A stretch of DNA of 64,000 nt from Eledone cirrhosa (lineage: Eukaryota), in NCBI GenBank assembly GCA_964016885.1, contig OZ024740.1, positions 167,586,001 through 167,650,000 of the forward strand. The letters run 5' to 3'. A model generated the notes under the pieces. The model searched no databases, was not told where the DNA came from, and saw only the letters and a list, made by a program, of their open reading frames with translations. Shown in pieces: positions 43,880 through 56,832 of the stretch. The position numbers and the translations under genes were made by a program. How positions within the stretch are numbered: position 1 is the first letter of the stretch; each line of letters begins with the position of its first letter.

Positions 43880-43958
43880 TACTCGATAGTTAGGGGGTAG
43901 TGTGGGTAATAGAAAAAGAGTCAGGATCCGACGGCTAATACATACACACACACAAATA

Positions 43959-44005
<47 letters not shown>

Positions 44006-44085
44006 ATGTGTGTGTGTGTGTGTATAGCCGTCGGGTCCTGACTCGTTTTCTATTACCCACACTACCCCCCTAACTATCGAGTATA
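43880..44085. mobile_element. Hairpin of PLE cleavage-site and tail segments around a (CA)/(TA)/(TG) spacer
   Basis: Both arms read TAGCCGTCGG.TCCTGACTC.TTTTCTATTACCCACACTACCCCCTAACTATCGAGTA outward. Confidence 0.85.
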
Positions 44086-44112
44086 TATATATATATTGAT
44101 ATATATATATAT

Positions 44113-44144
<32 letters not shown>

Positions 44145-44156
44145 ATATATTATATG

Positions 44157-44296
<140 letters not shown>

Positions 44297-44317
44297 TAAT
44301 ATATATATATAATATAT

Positions 44318-46980
44318 CCAGCGGGTGTAACTTGGAGTTACTGCAGGTTCACCCGGGAGAGCACTCGATGTTTAGGTTCACTTCTGTGATGAGGTGTAGA
44401 GCTATACAGAGTGTAATATATTGAAAAGATAACAAGGACGATTGATTACTCCTTCATTGCATTTATTGGTAGGTGACGCGCGTTTCGCCACTGATCAGCT
44501 CAAGGTTCGATCCTACCTGACTCAATAATCGGCGGCTCGATGGACCCTTTAAAATGCTATAAGAAAATGAAATACATGCTATGTGGTAAAGCCAGATTTT
44601 CAAGAGTTTCACAAAATGAGTTGTTTTCATTGGTGGGAAGGATCAAAGAGATGTACTGGCCTATAGTGTATGTAAGGGGTGGATGTGATGATGAGATGTT
44701 GGTGACGGTCGCTGGCTGTGATGGGCTGTGGTGTGGGTTACACCCAACTGCAACTGCAAAAAACGGGCCGAATTCCCACTAAACGGGGAGTGCCTCGTTA
44801 AAAACATTGTTTACCGGTGTGATGTCACAGCCGGCAATAAGGAGTACTCATATATGTGCGACATCTACTACGTTTAAGGAGCGCTGGTATAACAACAGAA
44901 GCTCCTTTAAACATAGGCTGAAACGATCCCAAACCAGACTAGCCGATTTGATCTGGGACCTCAAGGACAGGAATATCGAACCGCAGATCTCGTGATCAGT
45001 GAAAAAACGCGTGGCACAACTCCCCAGTGAGAGAAACCACTGCAGGTTATGCCTGGCTGAGGCGGCGGAACTATTTAAATTAAAATCCGCCATAAACTAT
45101 AGGTCGGATATAATTGTCAATTGCAGACACACCAGGATGAACACTTTTTCCGCACAAACATTCGGGGGAGGACCGCGCACTAACCATAACCCAGCATAAT
45201 AATAACCACCTCTGCCCCGTCTCACTATCGCCCATCTCAGCGAATTTATTTTATTGTATTGCATGTAACCATTTGTAAGCCCGTATTTTGTATATCAGGC
45301 CGCATACATGACCCCACCAAAAATCACATCGCCATACACCCCTCATCCTTGCAACATTGTGTTGTATCTGGCCTCTCTGTCAGGTTTTACCTTGCAAACC
45401 ATAGTAACACCTGATCCTGTAAATACAATGTCGATCATATCACACCATCGCCACCACCACCACACATCGTCATATGTCTACCATCCACACCCGCAACCTT
45501 ATCCCCCCCCCCCCATGTTCCCGCTGTCTACCCTAACCTACAACCCCAAGCTAAATTCGACCCTGTAAATGTACTGTCACACACACCACCACCGCCACCA
45601 CTAGATACATCCACATACTTCAACAATCATTAACATCATTAAGATCATCAACACATATCATCCCTCACTCCCAGAGCGACTGTGTTATATCCCCCCCCCC
45701 CGTCTGCCTTTCCTTGTAACCTACCGTAACTTCTGATCATGTAATCATTTTGTCGAACATATCACCTCAGCACAACCACCACCACCATGACCACAACACA
45801 CATCGCTATACGTCCATAAACTCTTTTCCCTATGTCAACTTTTAACCTGTAACCCATCGTACCATTCGATCCTGTATATTTTTGTCGCTCACAACTCCAC
45901 CACCACCACCACAAGACACAACTCCATACTTCATCAACACCGCCAACACATAACTCCCCTCTCGAAACAACGTAAGTGTATCTGACTGTGTGTAAGTACT
46001 TTTTACATATACGTGCGTATACATATGCGTGCGTGTATGCATATATATGTATATATATATATATATTTATATGTATATGTATATGTGGGTGTATGTATGT
46101 GTCTGTGCGTGTATGCGTATGTGTGTGTATGTCTATATGTATAACACCATCTCCATTGGCTCTCACCTTCCCTCCATCTTTGTCCTACGCCAACCCCACC
46201 GATACTCCCCCACTCTCCCTATATATATATATATACACACGCGCACATGCACATACATGTGTGTATATATGCATATGAATATATATGTGTGTGTGGATAT
46301 GTGTGGGCGCGGGTGTGTGTGTGTATGTGGGTGTGTTCGTGTGTATATATATCAGTATATATGCGCATGTATTCATATATATTTATATATATATACAACG
46401 TATTGTCAGACTAAGAGTGTTTAGGTATGTGTCTCCCCAAGGACTCGACACCACCAACACATCCACCACACCACCACAAACGCCACTACCATAAACAACA
46501 ACACCACAACCTCACCCCACACACGCCAACCCGTCTACCGACAACCCACTAACCTCACACCACAGCCCATCCCAATAAGCGACCGTCACCACCATCTTAT
46601 CATCACATCCACCCCCACACACACTTCAGGCCAAGGCCAACTCGCCACCACCACACCACAGCCCATCACAGCCAGCGACCGTCACCAACATCTTATCATC
46701 ACATCCACCCCCACATACACTACAGGCCAGTACATTCCTTTGATCCTTCCCACCAATCAAAACAACTCATATTGTCAAACTCTTGAGATTCTGTCTTTAC
46801 CACATAGCATGTATTTCATTTTCTTATAGCATTTTAAAGGGTCCGTCGAGCCGCGGATTATTGAGTCGAGTAGGATCGATACAGATCGAACCTTGAGCTG
46901 ATCAGTGGCGAAACGCGCGTCACCTACCAATAAATGCAATGAAGGAGTAATCAATCGTCCTCTGTTATCCTTTCAATATA
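44318..46980 (+). mobile_element. Second Penelope-like family: GIY-YIG fragment (44745-45199) with inverted terminal repeats (44415-44735 and about 46650-46980)
   Basis: CNCKKRAEFPLNGECLVKNIVYRC..YMCATSTTFKERWYNNRSSF..LIWDLKD..CRLCLAE..INYRSDIIVNCRH. About 320 bp inverted arms with a hammerhead-like fold at 46839-46925 (+) and 44471-44547 (-). Confidence 0.88.
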
Positions 46981-47210
46981 TATTATATATATATATATAC
47001 ATATATATATATAATATATTTATATATAGACAGAGAGAGAGAAAGAAATAGAGAGAGAAAGAAAGAGAGAATGTATATGGTGTTGAGAGCAGGGAGACCA
47101 ATAATCATGGGAGATGCAGAGAGGCGCCGAGCTAGGGATTTTACATCTCTCTCTCTCTCTCTCTCTCTCTCCCTATCTCTCTATCTATCTATCTATCAAT
47201 CTACCTCTCT

Positions 47211-47275
<65 letters not shown>

Positions 47276-47278
<3 letters not shown>

Positions 47279-47454
47279 AATGATTGGTAAGAAACCAGGT
47301 GTACCATGACGCACCAGAATACTCGATACTTAGGGTAGTAGAGTGGGTAGCCGTCGGGCTCCTGACTCTTTTTTTATTACCCAAACTGCTACCCTAACTA
47401 TCGAATACTCTGGTGCGTCGTGGGCCACCTGGTGCCTTGCCACACTTTCTTCGT
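47276..47454. mobile_element. Mini hairpin of two diverged PLE tails in (TA)n
   Basis: Right arm TAGCCGTCGGGCTCC...CTTCGTTA. The left arm is the reverse complement of the same tail. Confidence 0.85.
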
Positions 47455-47650
47455 TATATATATATAGATATATATATATATATATCCAAAATTAAGATAA
47501 TCAAAATTATGGGTGTCAAGCCAGAAAGACATGCACCATATCACCCGCAAAATAAGCTCTAAGATTCTAACGAATAGGTCCATTTACACACTTGTAAAAA
47601 TTATATCCTGTCATTATTCATGTTTATTTATATGTTAATCAATTTCGAGT

Positions 47651-47686
<36 letters not shown>

Positions 47687-47690
<4 letters not shown>

Positions 47691-47862
47691 TTAATATAGA
47701 TGAGATTCTACAGGACTAGAACTGTTTCATTCATTAGAAATCATCAGGAATCTGGGTATCAAAAAATAAATATGGTATTTATAGGTCTCTACAAGTGGTA
47801 GGAGAGGGTGGGGAGTGGGATGTATGTGTGTGTGTGTGTTTGTATGTGTATATATTTGTTTA

Positions 47863-47925
<63 letters not shown>

Positions 47926-48114
47926 ATGTGTATGTATGTATATATGTATGTGGTTATATATATGAATGTATATATATATATGTATTTGTGTATATATATG
48001 TGTGTGTGTGTTTGTGTGTATGTGTGTGTATATGTATATATATATGTGTGTGTGTGCGTGCATGTGTGTGTGTATATGTATATGTGTGTATATGTGTATA
48101 TGTATGTATATATA

Positions 48115-48161
<47 letters not shown>

Positions 48162-48254
48162 ATGTGTGTATATGTATACGTATGTGTGTGTATATATGTA
48201 TGTGTATGTATGTATGTGTGTATGTGTGTATATATATATATATGTGTATGTGTA

Positions 48255-48287
<33 letters not shown>

Positions 48288-48473
48288 ATATATATATATA
48301 TATATATTTGTGTGTGTATATGTGTCTGTGTATGTGTATGTATATATGTCTATATGTATTTGTGTGTATATACATGTATACTCGTGTTTGTATGTATGCG
48401 TGTGAGTGTATTTATTTGTGTATATATGTGTGTGTGTGTGTATGTATGTGTATGTGTGTGTGTGTATCTGTGT

Positions 48474-48511
<38 letters not shown>

Positions 48512-48526
48512 ATATATATGTGTATA

Positions 48527-48597
<71 letters not shown>

Positions 48598-49378
48598 GTA
48601 TTATATATGTATGTATGTATGTATGTGTGTATGTATGTGTGTGTACATGAATATATATTTATATATATTTATATATTTTTATATATGTGTGTGTGTTTTT
48701 ATGTGTGTATATGTGTTTGTGTGTGTGTTTATGGCTGCGCGTAAGTGTGTGAGTGAGTATGTGTTTTTTTGTTTTTTTGTGAATGTGTCTGTTGATTTTT
48801 GGCATATAGTTGATTAGTTTAAGAGAAGTTCGAAGATAATAGTAAGATATGCACTCAGTATTTTGAATCTGTCTGCAGAATTCTCTAGACCTTTGTCACT
48901 TAGTAGAACCTTAATGACTTTAGCTTTTAAAGAATCTCCCTTTTCTTTAATTCTATCGACCATGACTGACCCCCCACTGATGTTATAGACATCTGTTAGC
49001 TTAAGAGAAACTTATTGACAAGGAATGGTATGCCATCCGGAACCTGTTTATAGAATTCTGTCTGCCCTTGTTACTCTAAAAACATAAATAAATAAAAATA
49101 AAATTAGAAATAAACTATAGCTTTGTAGAATTAGCTTTTAATGAATTCCCCTTTCTATCAACCAATGACCTGCACCCATCCCACTCCCCACCCTCTCCTA
49201 CCACTTGTAGAGACCTATAAATACCATATTTATTTTTTGATACCCAGATTCCTGATGATTTCTAATGAATGAAACAGTTCTAGTCCTGTAGAATCTCATC
49301 TATATTAAAACTGTTATACTCTGCTATGTATTGAGTACCTTACTTACTGTGGTTACCTCCGATTCAACCCGGAATAAC

Positions 49379-49380
<2 letters not shown>
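47687..49380. mobile_element. Hairpin insertion (arms 47687-47822 and 49177-49312) with canonical hammerheads at 47703-47753 (-) and 49246-49296 (+)
   Basis: Identical inverted arms of about 135 bp around a 1.35 kb spacer that is mostly microsatellite. Confidence 0.85.
49246..49296 (+). ncRNA. Type-I hammerhead ribozyme, canonical core
   Basis: AGATTC-CTGATGA-tTTC(taat)GAAt-GAAA-CAG(ttctagtc)CTG-TA-GAATCT: 6-bp stem I and GUA triplet. Confidence 0.85.
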
Positions 49381-49419
<39 letters not shown>

Positions 49420-49546
49420 GAGTTGCGTGCTTCGTCTAAGTGTTGTTTGAGATACACAAACAACACTTAGACGAAGCACGCAACTCACAATATATATATA
49501 TATATATATATATAGTAATTCATTTTAATAAATATATATATATATA

Positions 49547-50953
49547 TTTATTAAAATAACAGATTAAAGTTTAAGCAAAGAATCGCTGCTTTCACCCTTA
49601 ACGGGATCTTCTGAAACTAACAAAGTCAATCTGTAAACGCAGAACTGGATATTTCAAAAAACGTTGCAACGGGAGGAAGACAGGAAGACGATACTTTGGT
49701 TCGTGGAAACGTTCGCTGGCTAAGAACGGGGAAAAACGAATAATACGTCATTAATAGGAGCGGTGAAAAACAATTACGCGCAAAGACAGAACCACGTTTA
49801 TGGTATAAAAGAGGTCGTAGACTAATGTTCTCTAAGTGGTGCATAGAGACGTTCTCTGGCAATGAACGAAAAAACGAAGATAATAAGTCATATGTGGAGC
49901 GTGGAGAACAATAGCACGCAAAGACAAAACCACGTAAATGGTATAGCAGAAGTTGTAGACTAAAATTCTAACTAGGAGACCGAATGAATGTCCGCTTCAG
50001 AGTTAAGAACAAAGTAAATAAATACAATACAGAAGTAATAGAAACAAATAAATACATACACGTAAACAGATACGTACATAGACGAGCATACGCAAAACCT
50101 TACCATAGGTATACAAAACCACGCACATATAAATATGTGTATGTGTGTATGCTCGTGTACAAATAAATAAATAATTATATAAACGTATATAAGTAAATAA
50201 ATACGTATATAACAAGCGCGCACACAAACCTACAAATAAATACACGAAGGTTCGGAGACGTAAGTCAACTAAAACAAGAAGTACACATATGGACACACCC
50301 ATCATACGTGGGTAAAGTTTTGCGTATGCTCGTCTATGTACGTATCTGTTTGCGTGTATGTATTTATTTGTTTCTATTACTTCTGTATTGTATTTATTTA
50401 CTTTGTTCTTAACTCTGTAGCGGAGATTCATTCGGTCTCCTAGTTAGAATTTTAGTCTACAACTTCTGCTATACCATTTACACGGTTTTGTCTTTGCGTG
50501 CTATTGTTCTCCACGCTCCACATATGACTTATTATCTTCGTTTTTTCGTTCATTGCCAGAGAACGTCTCTATGCACCACTTAGAGAACATTAGTCTACGA
50601 CCTCTTTTATACCATAAACGTGGTTCTGTCTTTGCGCGTAATTGTTTTTCACCGCTCCTATTAATGACGTATTATTCGTTTTTTCCCGTTCTTTGCCAGC
50701 GAACGTCACCATGAACCAAAGTATCGTCTTCCTGTCTTCCTCCCGTTGCAACGTTTTTTGAAATATCCAGTTCTGCGTTTACAGATTGACTTTCTTAGTT
50801 TCAGAAGATCCCGTTAAGGGTGAAAGCAGCGATTCTTTGCTTAAACTTTAATCTGTTATTTTAATAAATATTTGCTCTTCGGTTCTTATATCTTTGATAT
50901 ATATTTTCCTTATCGAGCCCTCTTTGGATTTTAGTCTTCAATTTTATTATTAT

Positions 50954-50957
<4 letters not shown>
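49547..50957. mobile_element. 1.4 kb non-coding palindromic element (arms about 49547-50104 and 50312-50870) with terminal CAGAAGA-core hammerheads
   Basis: About 560 bp near-perfect inverted arms. HHRs at 49568-49618 (-) and 50797-50847 (+). The right arm has about 90 bp of extra tail. Flanked by (TA)n. Confidence 0.9.
50797..50847 (+). ncRNA. Hammerhead-fold RNA with A at core position 4
   Basis: AGTTT-CAGAAGA-tCCC(gttaa)GGGt-GAAA-GCA(gcgattctt)TGC-TT-AAACT. Confidence 0.7.
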
Positions 50958-50990
<33 letters not shown>

Positions 50991-51999
50991 GAGTTGCGTG
51001 CTTCGTCTAAGTGTTGTTTGTGTATCTCAATGTGTGTGTGTGTGGGGGGGGGGGTATCAGTGTATGTGTTTATTAATTGATCTGTTATGCCCTAACAGAA
51101 TCTAATAATGTTCAATATTATATATAAGCATTTTAAGTTAAGTATATACAAATGTTACAAAACGTTCAATATACTTTCGGAACAATCTAACATAACAACC
51201 CTGTTTTTTACGTTTTAATTGTAATGTATTTTACTAAAAATGTTTCTTTTTGTTCATTTTGAACTGCATTTTATTCTCCTGTCTCTTTCCCTCACCCGCT
51301 CCAGCTAACCTTCACTGCAATAAACCTTTTTTTTTGTTTTTCCTAACACTGTCTTGAAATTTACTGTCTTTCATCTCTTGGTCACTTCCACCCACAGGAG
51401 CAACTCACATTGACAATCATTGTCCCGACAACTTTTGTTCTAATTAGAATTTTCATGAAACACATAAATATTTTTACAAAACAGAACGAAGAATAAATCA
51501 AATCTATTTTCCGTTTTCATTATTTGAAATATTTCAAATTTTTACAAATATTTAAATGTAATAGAATTACTTCCTCTTTAAATATTCCACTATTTTATAA
51601 AACTCTTTAAAAGACAATGAAATACATGAAGAACACTACACGAAGGGAGTGTGTAAAAATGAGAATACAACATATATAGGTTAAATGTCTCATAGCATAG
51701 GAGAAAGGATGAAAGATGATTGGCCAGGAAACCAAGACGAGAAAAACTCACTAGTGCTCTACCAAAGTACGATAATGCAAATGGGAGCTTTTTAGAGAAC
51801 ATCGAAACAAAAATTATATATACACTCCGAACAGAGGCAATGCTCCAGCAGGTTACAGGAGCAACATATAGACAGCACGAATGGAATAGTAACAAACTTA
51901 AACGATAGTGGCTAAGGTTATGACAAAGACACACAAGAACAGAATTAAGATACACAGACAGACTCCCAGCTCCGCCACACACACACATATAGAATACAA

Positions 52000-52857
52000 A
52001 AATCAGTAGAATAACTAATTAGTGACAAGCAGTGGCGCACTGGCCATGGTGTCAGCTTGCCTGATGGCAAGTGAGCTCCTCAGTGATCCACGGTAGTACT
52101 TTAGGGGTCAATGCAAAAACTTTGCTTTCAAAGAAAATATCAGAAATCCTAGAGAAAATATAAAAATAAACAAAAATAAACAAATAAAACAATTAAGCAT
52201 ACTAGGGTCGACTTTTACATGGGGTCAAGTATAAACATATATACATAAACAATGTGCCAAACCGAATGTTGGGCTTTTGAAGAAGTGAGAATATATGTAA
52301 TTATATAAGTATAAAGAAATCACGAAGGAATGCTATAAAGATAGCCTATAAAATTGGGTGAAAACCTATTAAAGACAGAATAAGAATTTGCCAACGACCG
52401 CTATGAGGAATTGTTTATGTATATATGTTTATACTTGACCCCATGTAAAAGTCAACCCTAGTATGCTTAATTGTTTTATTTGTTTTTTTTTGTTTTTTTT
52501 TATACTTTCTCTAGGATTTCTGATATTTTCTTTGAAAGCAAAGTTTTTGCATTGACCCCTAAAGTACTACCGTAGACCACCGAGGAGCTCACTTGCCATC
52601 AGGCAAGCTGACACCATGGCCAGTCCGCCACTGCTTGTCACTAATTAGTTATTCTACTGATTTGAGCATGACTTGGAAAGCTATTTAGAACACTGCTTTA
52701 ACCGCTTTACTTCCCTCCAAAGAAGAGATATTATCTCGAAAATTAAGGACATTTAAATAAATCTAAGGTAAAAGACTAATTGTCAACAATATCTTTTGCA
52801 TTTGCATTTTTTATTCTATGTCCATACCTGCATTGTTTTGGCTTTACAAATTAAAAC

Positions 52858-52860
<3 letters not shown>
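52000..52860. mobile_element. Hairpin insertion (arms about 52000-52253 and 52411-52663) whose right extension carries the minimal-HHR repeat
   Basis: About 250 bp inverted arms. 52677-52860 matches 9342-9530, with the core here reading CCAAAGA. Confidence 0.85.
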
Positions 52861-52902
<42 letters not shown>

Positions 52903-54160
52903 AACCAGTAAGACCCCGACAGCTGAGTTCAAGCCGTTTCGACGGCTAATTCTGGACTAAATGAAAATTTATCCTGGTATTTAAATAGCCGATCTTCTCA
53001 AGGGGTAATTCCATATATGGTCAAAGTGATTGTCAAAATTCAGTAGTAATTCTGTGGTTGCAAATTAGTAGGGGAGATGGTGGCTAAACCTGCCAGTAGG
53101 AGAAAGAGGGGAGGGGTGGAGTAGCCCCAATCAAGCGTTTGTAGTGCCAGCTACAGCTGGGCATGAGGTCAAAGAAGATACAGGGGAGGGGGAGGAGGAG
53201 GAAGTCGGAACGGTAGGTAGAACAATGGGGGGTAGAAATATATAGGAAAGAAAAAATACCGAGAGTGAAGAAAAGCAAATAAGTGTAAAGAAAAACAAAT
53301 GAGTGTAAAGAAAAAAAAAAAAAAAAAAAAAAAAAAGGAAAGTAAATTAAATTCTACGACCTAGGTCTCTAGCTATTGTTAGTCTAGAATAAATAAATAA
53401 ATAAAGAAAGAAAGAAGTAAAGAAAGAAATAAAGAAATAACGAAATAAGTAAAAGAACTAGGTGGGACGGATTAGGCGAGGACCCTTTTAAGAGGTATAA
53501 GTACGTAAATGATGCGGTGACGGGTCAACAAAAGGGGCCAAAATACTAAAGAGACTACCACGAAATAAACAGTAAAGGTTTCCATCCCGGGCACAATTCC
53601 AGCAACCACCCAGTGCAGCAAAGTGAACTAATACGAGATAATAATTCTGAGTCCCGAGAAAAATATATACTAATGCTAACTCTAAAAGATCTAAAACAAG
53701 CTACATGAAAGTTCGTACGAAGTAAAGGTAGAATACGGAAGAATAAATTCAGAATCCACCCCGCCCAAAAGAAAAGCGAAGAAAGAAATACTGAAACGAA
53801 AAAATAAGGCATAAGTGCCACTAAGAAATATAGAGGGTACAGAGAATAGTGGGAGCGGTCGGAAAAAGGGGACAAGTATCCGGGGTCTAAACCAACTGCT
53901 ATAAAGGGCGGAGTCCGCCAAATCTATCCTAGACTAGGGGAGGGGGGTGGGGGTACTAAGGCTACAAGGGGCCAAAGGGCAGCCTCGGGTGGGCGAGAAA
54001 AGACGCCGACAAAGGAGAAGAGCTGGGGTAGAAGGACTAAGGAGAGAGGGGGGAAGGAAGGAAATAAAGGAAGCGATAAAAGAATACAAAGAAGATCTTA
54101 CGTCTCCCTTGGCAAGCAGGGGTTACCCATTGCAAAATCGGCAAGTGGGGTGTTATAGCC

Positions 54161-55570
54161 CTAGTCTACCCCCCCCCCCGGGTCATTATGGGGTTTGAGG
54201 GCGAGGTAAGTCCTACGCAATCTATGTTTACATGCAGTAACCAGTTCATCTTTCTTGTTTAAGAGTTGGTCCGTCGAAAACAGCATTTGTAAAGTTTCCT
54301 CCGAGCATAAATTGCACGGACGGCATCCTCCCGTGTAAGAATTGGCTCTGGACAGTAATCTCCAAGTGAGATCATAGGTGATGTTGTTGTCCTTGAGGTC
54401 CCATATGTGGCCCGAAAGTGTAGTGGTGTGACGCCGGGCCGGGTTTCGGAAGGTATGTCTATGTTGGTATAGCCGGGTCTTGAAGTCACATGCGTAAGTC
54501 CTATATAGGCTTTGTTGGAGGTATCCGTCCTCACGTTGCACTGGTAGATCACATTACGGTCTCTGCATCTATTGTCGAGTGGGCAAATAGATCTATCCGG
54601 GCAGTTACACCTCCTGGTCGGTTCTCCACTGCTATTTAGGTTATTTCTGCCATCGGGGTTGAGTTTTTTGTTGTTAGAGGAGACGATGTTTTGTGCGAAG
54701 TTTGGTGTAGTGCTGTAAGAGAGTTTGATGGTATTTTTGTTAATTATGTTGTGGTAGCGGTGTTGTAATGGGAAGTGTTTTTCAATGAGCCTAAAGAATA
54801 GTTTCCCGATGGGAGTTGTCACCTCTGCGTTGTGGGGAGGGTTGAACCATGTTACATTGCGTGAGCGGCGGTGTCTCCTGCTGCTTCCGCTAATGGGAGC
54901 TGGACAGTAGGATATTTCCTCCCGGAAACCACTCCGCTTGAGGGCCTGGTTGTAATAAGGCGCATGTTCATCGAATATCCGCTCATTAGCTGACAAACGG
55001 GATATGCGGAGGGAGATGTTTTTGACCAGGTTGTTTGTGATGTTCCTAGGATGGTTTGATCGGCGGTGGATGTAGTGCAGATTGTCATTAGGTTTCCTGT
55101 ATGGGTAGTACAGGTCGTTTTCGAGGTCGAGGGTCACGTCCAGGAAGTTTACTCTGGTCAGGGACGTTTGTAGGGTTATTTTAAATCCCCAGTCGCGGAA
55201 GAATCTGATTAATTGTTTCCGGACCCGATCTGTACTACTGGGGTTGTACCCTTTAAGGGTAAGGAGCCCATCATCACGGTACAATCCACCACCGAATGCA
55301 GGAAACATATCAGTGAGTTTGGCTATTAGGAATAATCCTATAAGATCTGTGACCTCCGCCGAATCCGTGGCGCCCATGCTGACGTCAAAGGGTGAGTCGG
55401 GAGCTCTTTTTATCCATTTAGAGTCGTCAAAGAGTAAGACTGTCTTCCTGGCGTGGAGGATGATTTTTCTTTCCTGGTCGGTGATGGGCACAAGTGTTTC
55501 GGTGAAGTCCAAGGCGGCAGTAAGTAGCGGTAAGGTGATTGAAGCATAGTAGCTCTCTATGTCGAACTGT
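54161..55570 (-). pseudogene. PLE reverse transcriptase (C-terminal half), thumb and GIY-YIG endonuclease; 5'-truncated, 1-bp frameshift near 54492
   Basis: FDIESYY, VSMGATDSAEVTDLIG, GLYRDDGL, VNFLDVTL, YRKPND..SNHP, WFNPP, CNC..CPLDNRC, NVIYQC..YIGLT, then CDFKTRLYQH..CNLCSEE in the next frame. The intact YIGLTTCDF junction is seen at about 36050. Confidence 0.95.
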
Positions 55571-56832
55571 ACGGACCAACTCTTAAACAAGAAAGATGAA
55601 CTGGTTACTGCATGTAAACATAGATTGCGTAGGACTTACCTCGCCCTCAAACCCCATAATGACCCGGGGGGGGGGGGGGTAGACTAGGGCTATAACACCC
55701 CACTTGCCGATTTTGCAATGGGTAACCCCTGCTTGCCAAGGGAGACGTAAGATCTTCTTTGTATTCTTTTATCGCTTCCTTTATTTCCTTCCTTCCCCCC
55801 TCTCTCCTTAGTCCTTCTACCACAACTCTTCTCCTTTGTCGGCGTCTTTTCTCGCCCACCCGAGGCTGCCCTTTGGCCCCTTGTAGCCTTAGTATCCCCA
55901 CCCCCTCCCCTAGTCTAGGATAGATTTGGCGGACTCCGCCCTTTATAGCAGTTGGTTTAGACCCCGGATACTTGTCCCCTTTTTCCGACCGCTCCCACTA
56001 TTCTCTGTACCCTCTATATTTCTTAGTGGCACTTATGCCTTATTTTTTCGTTTCAGTATTTCTTTCTTCGCTTTTCTTTTGGGCGGGGTGGATTCTGAAT
56101 TTATTCTTCCGTATTCTACCTTTACTTCGTACGAATTTTCATGTAGCTTGTTTTAGATCTTTTAGAGTTAGCATTAGTATATATTTTTCTCGGGACTCAG
56201 AATTATTATCTCGTATTAGTTCACTTTGCTGCACTGGGTGGTTGCTGGAATTGTGCCCGGGATGGAAACCTTTATTGTTTATTTCGTGGTAGTCTCTTTA
56301 GTATTTTGGCCCCTTTTGTTGACCCGTCACCGCATCATTTACGTACTTATACCTCTTAAAAGGGTCCTCGCCTAATCCGTCCCACCTAGTTCTTTTACTT
56401 ATTTCGTTATTTCTTTATTTCTTTCTTTACTTCTTTCTTTCTTTATTTATTTATTTATTCTAGACTAACAATAGCTAGAGACCTAGGTCGTAGAATTTAA
56501 TTTACTTTCCTTTTTTTTTTTTTTTTTTCTTTACACTCATTTGTTTTTCTTTACACTTATTTGCTTTTCTTCACTCTCAGTATTTTTTCTTTCCTATATA
56601 TTTCTACCCCCCATTGTTCTACCTACCGTTCCGACTTCCTCCCCCTCCCCCTCCCCTGTATCTTCTTTGACCTCATGCCCAGCTGTAGCTGGCACTACAA
56701 ACGCTTGATTGGGGCTACTCCACCCCTCCCCTCTTTCTCCTACTGGCAGGTTTAGCCACCATCTCCCCTACTAATTTGCAACCACAGAATTACTACTGAT
56801 TTTTGACAATCACTTTGACCATATATGGAATT

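Noticed and set aside
44993-44995. In-frame TGA in the PLE endonuclease as possible selenocysteine (reported for some Naiads)
   Set aside because: It aligns with conserved Trp (YDLTW at the equivalent site of the other family), not Cys. A TGG>TGA nonsense change is simpler, and I recognised no SECIS.
53084-56755. Duplicated small ORFs on opposite strands (e.g. 53555-53875 and 55972-56292)
   Set aside because: They are a by-product of the inverted 3'UTR duplication and have no recognisable domains.
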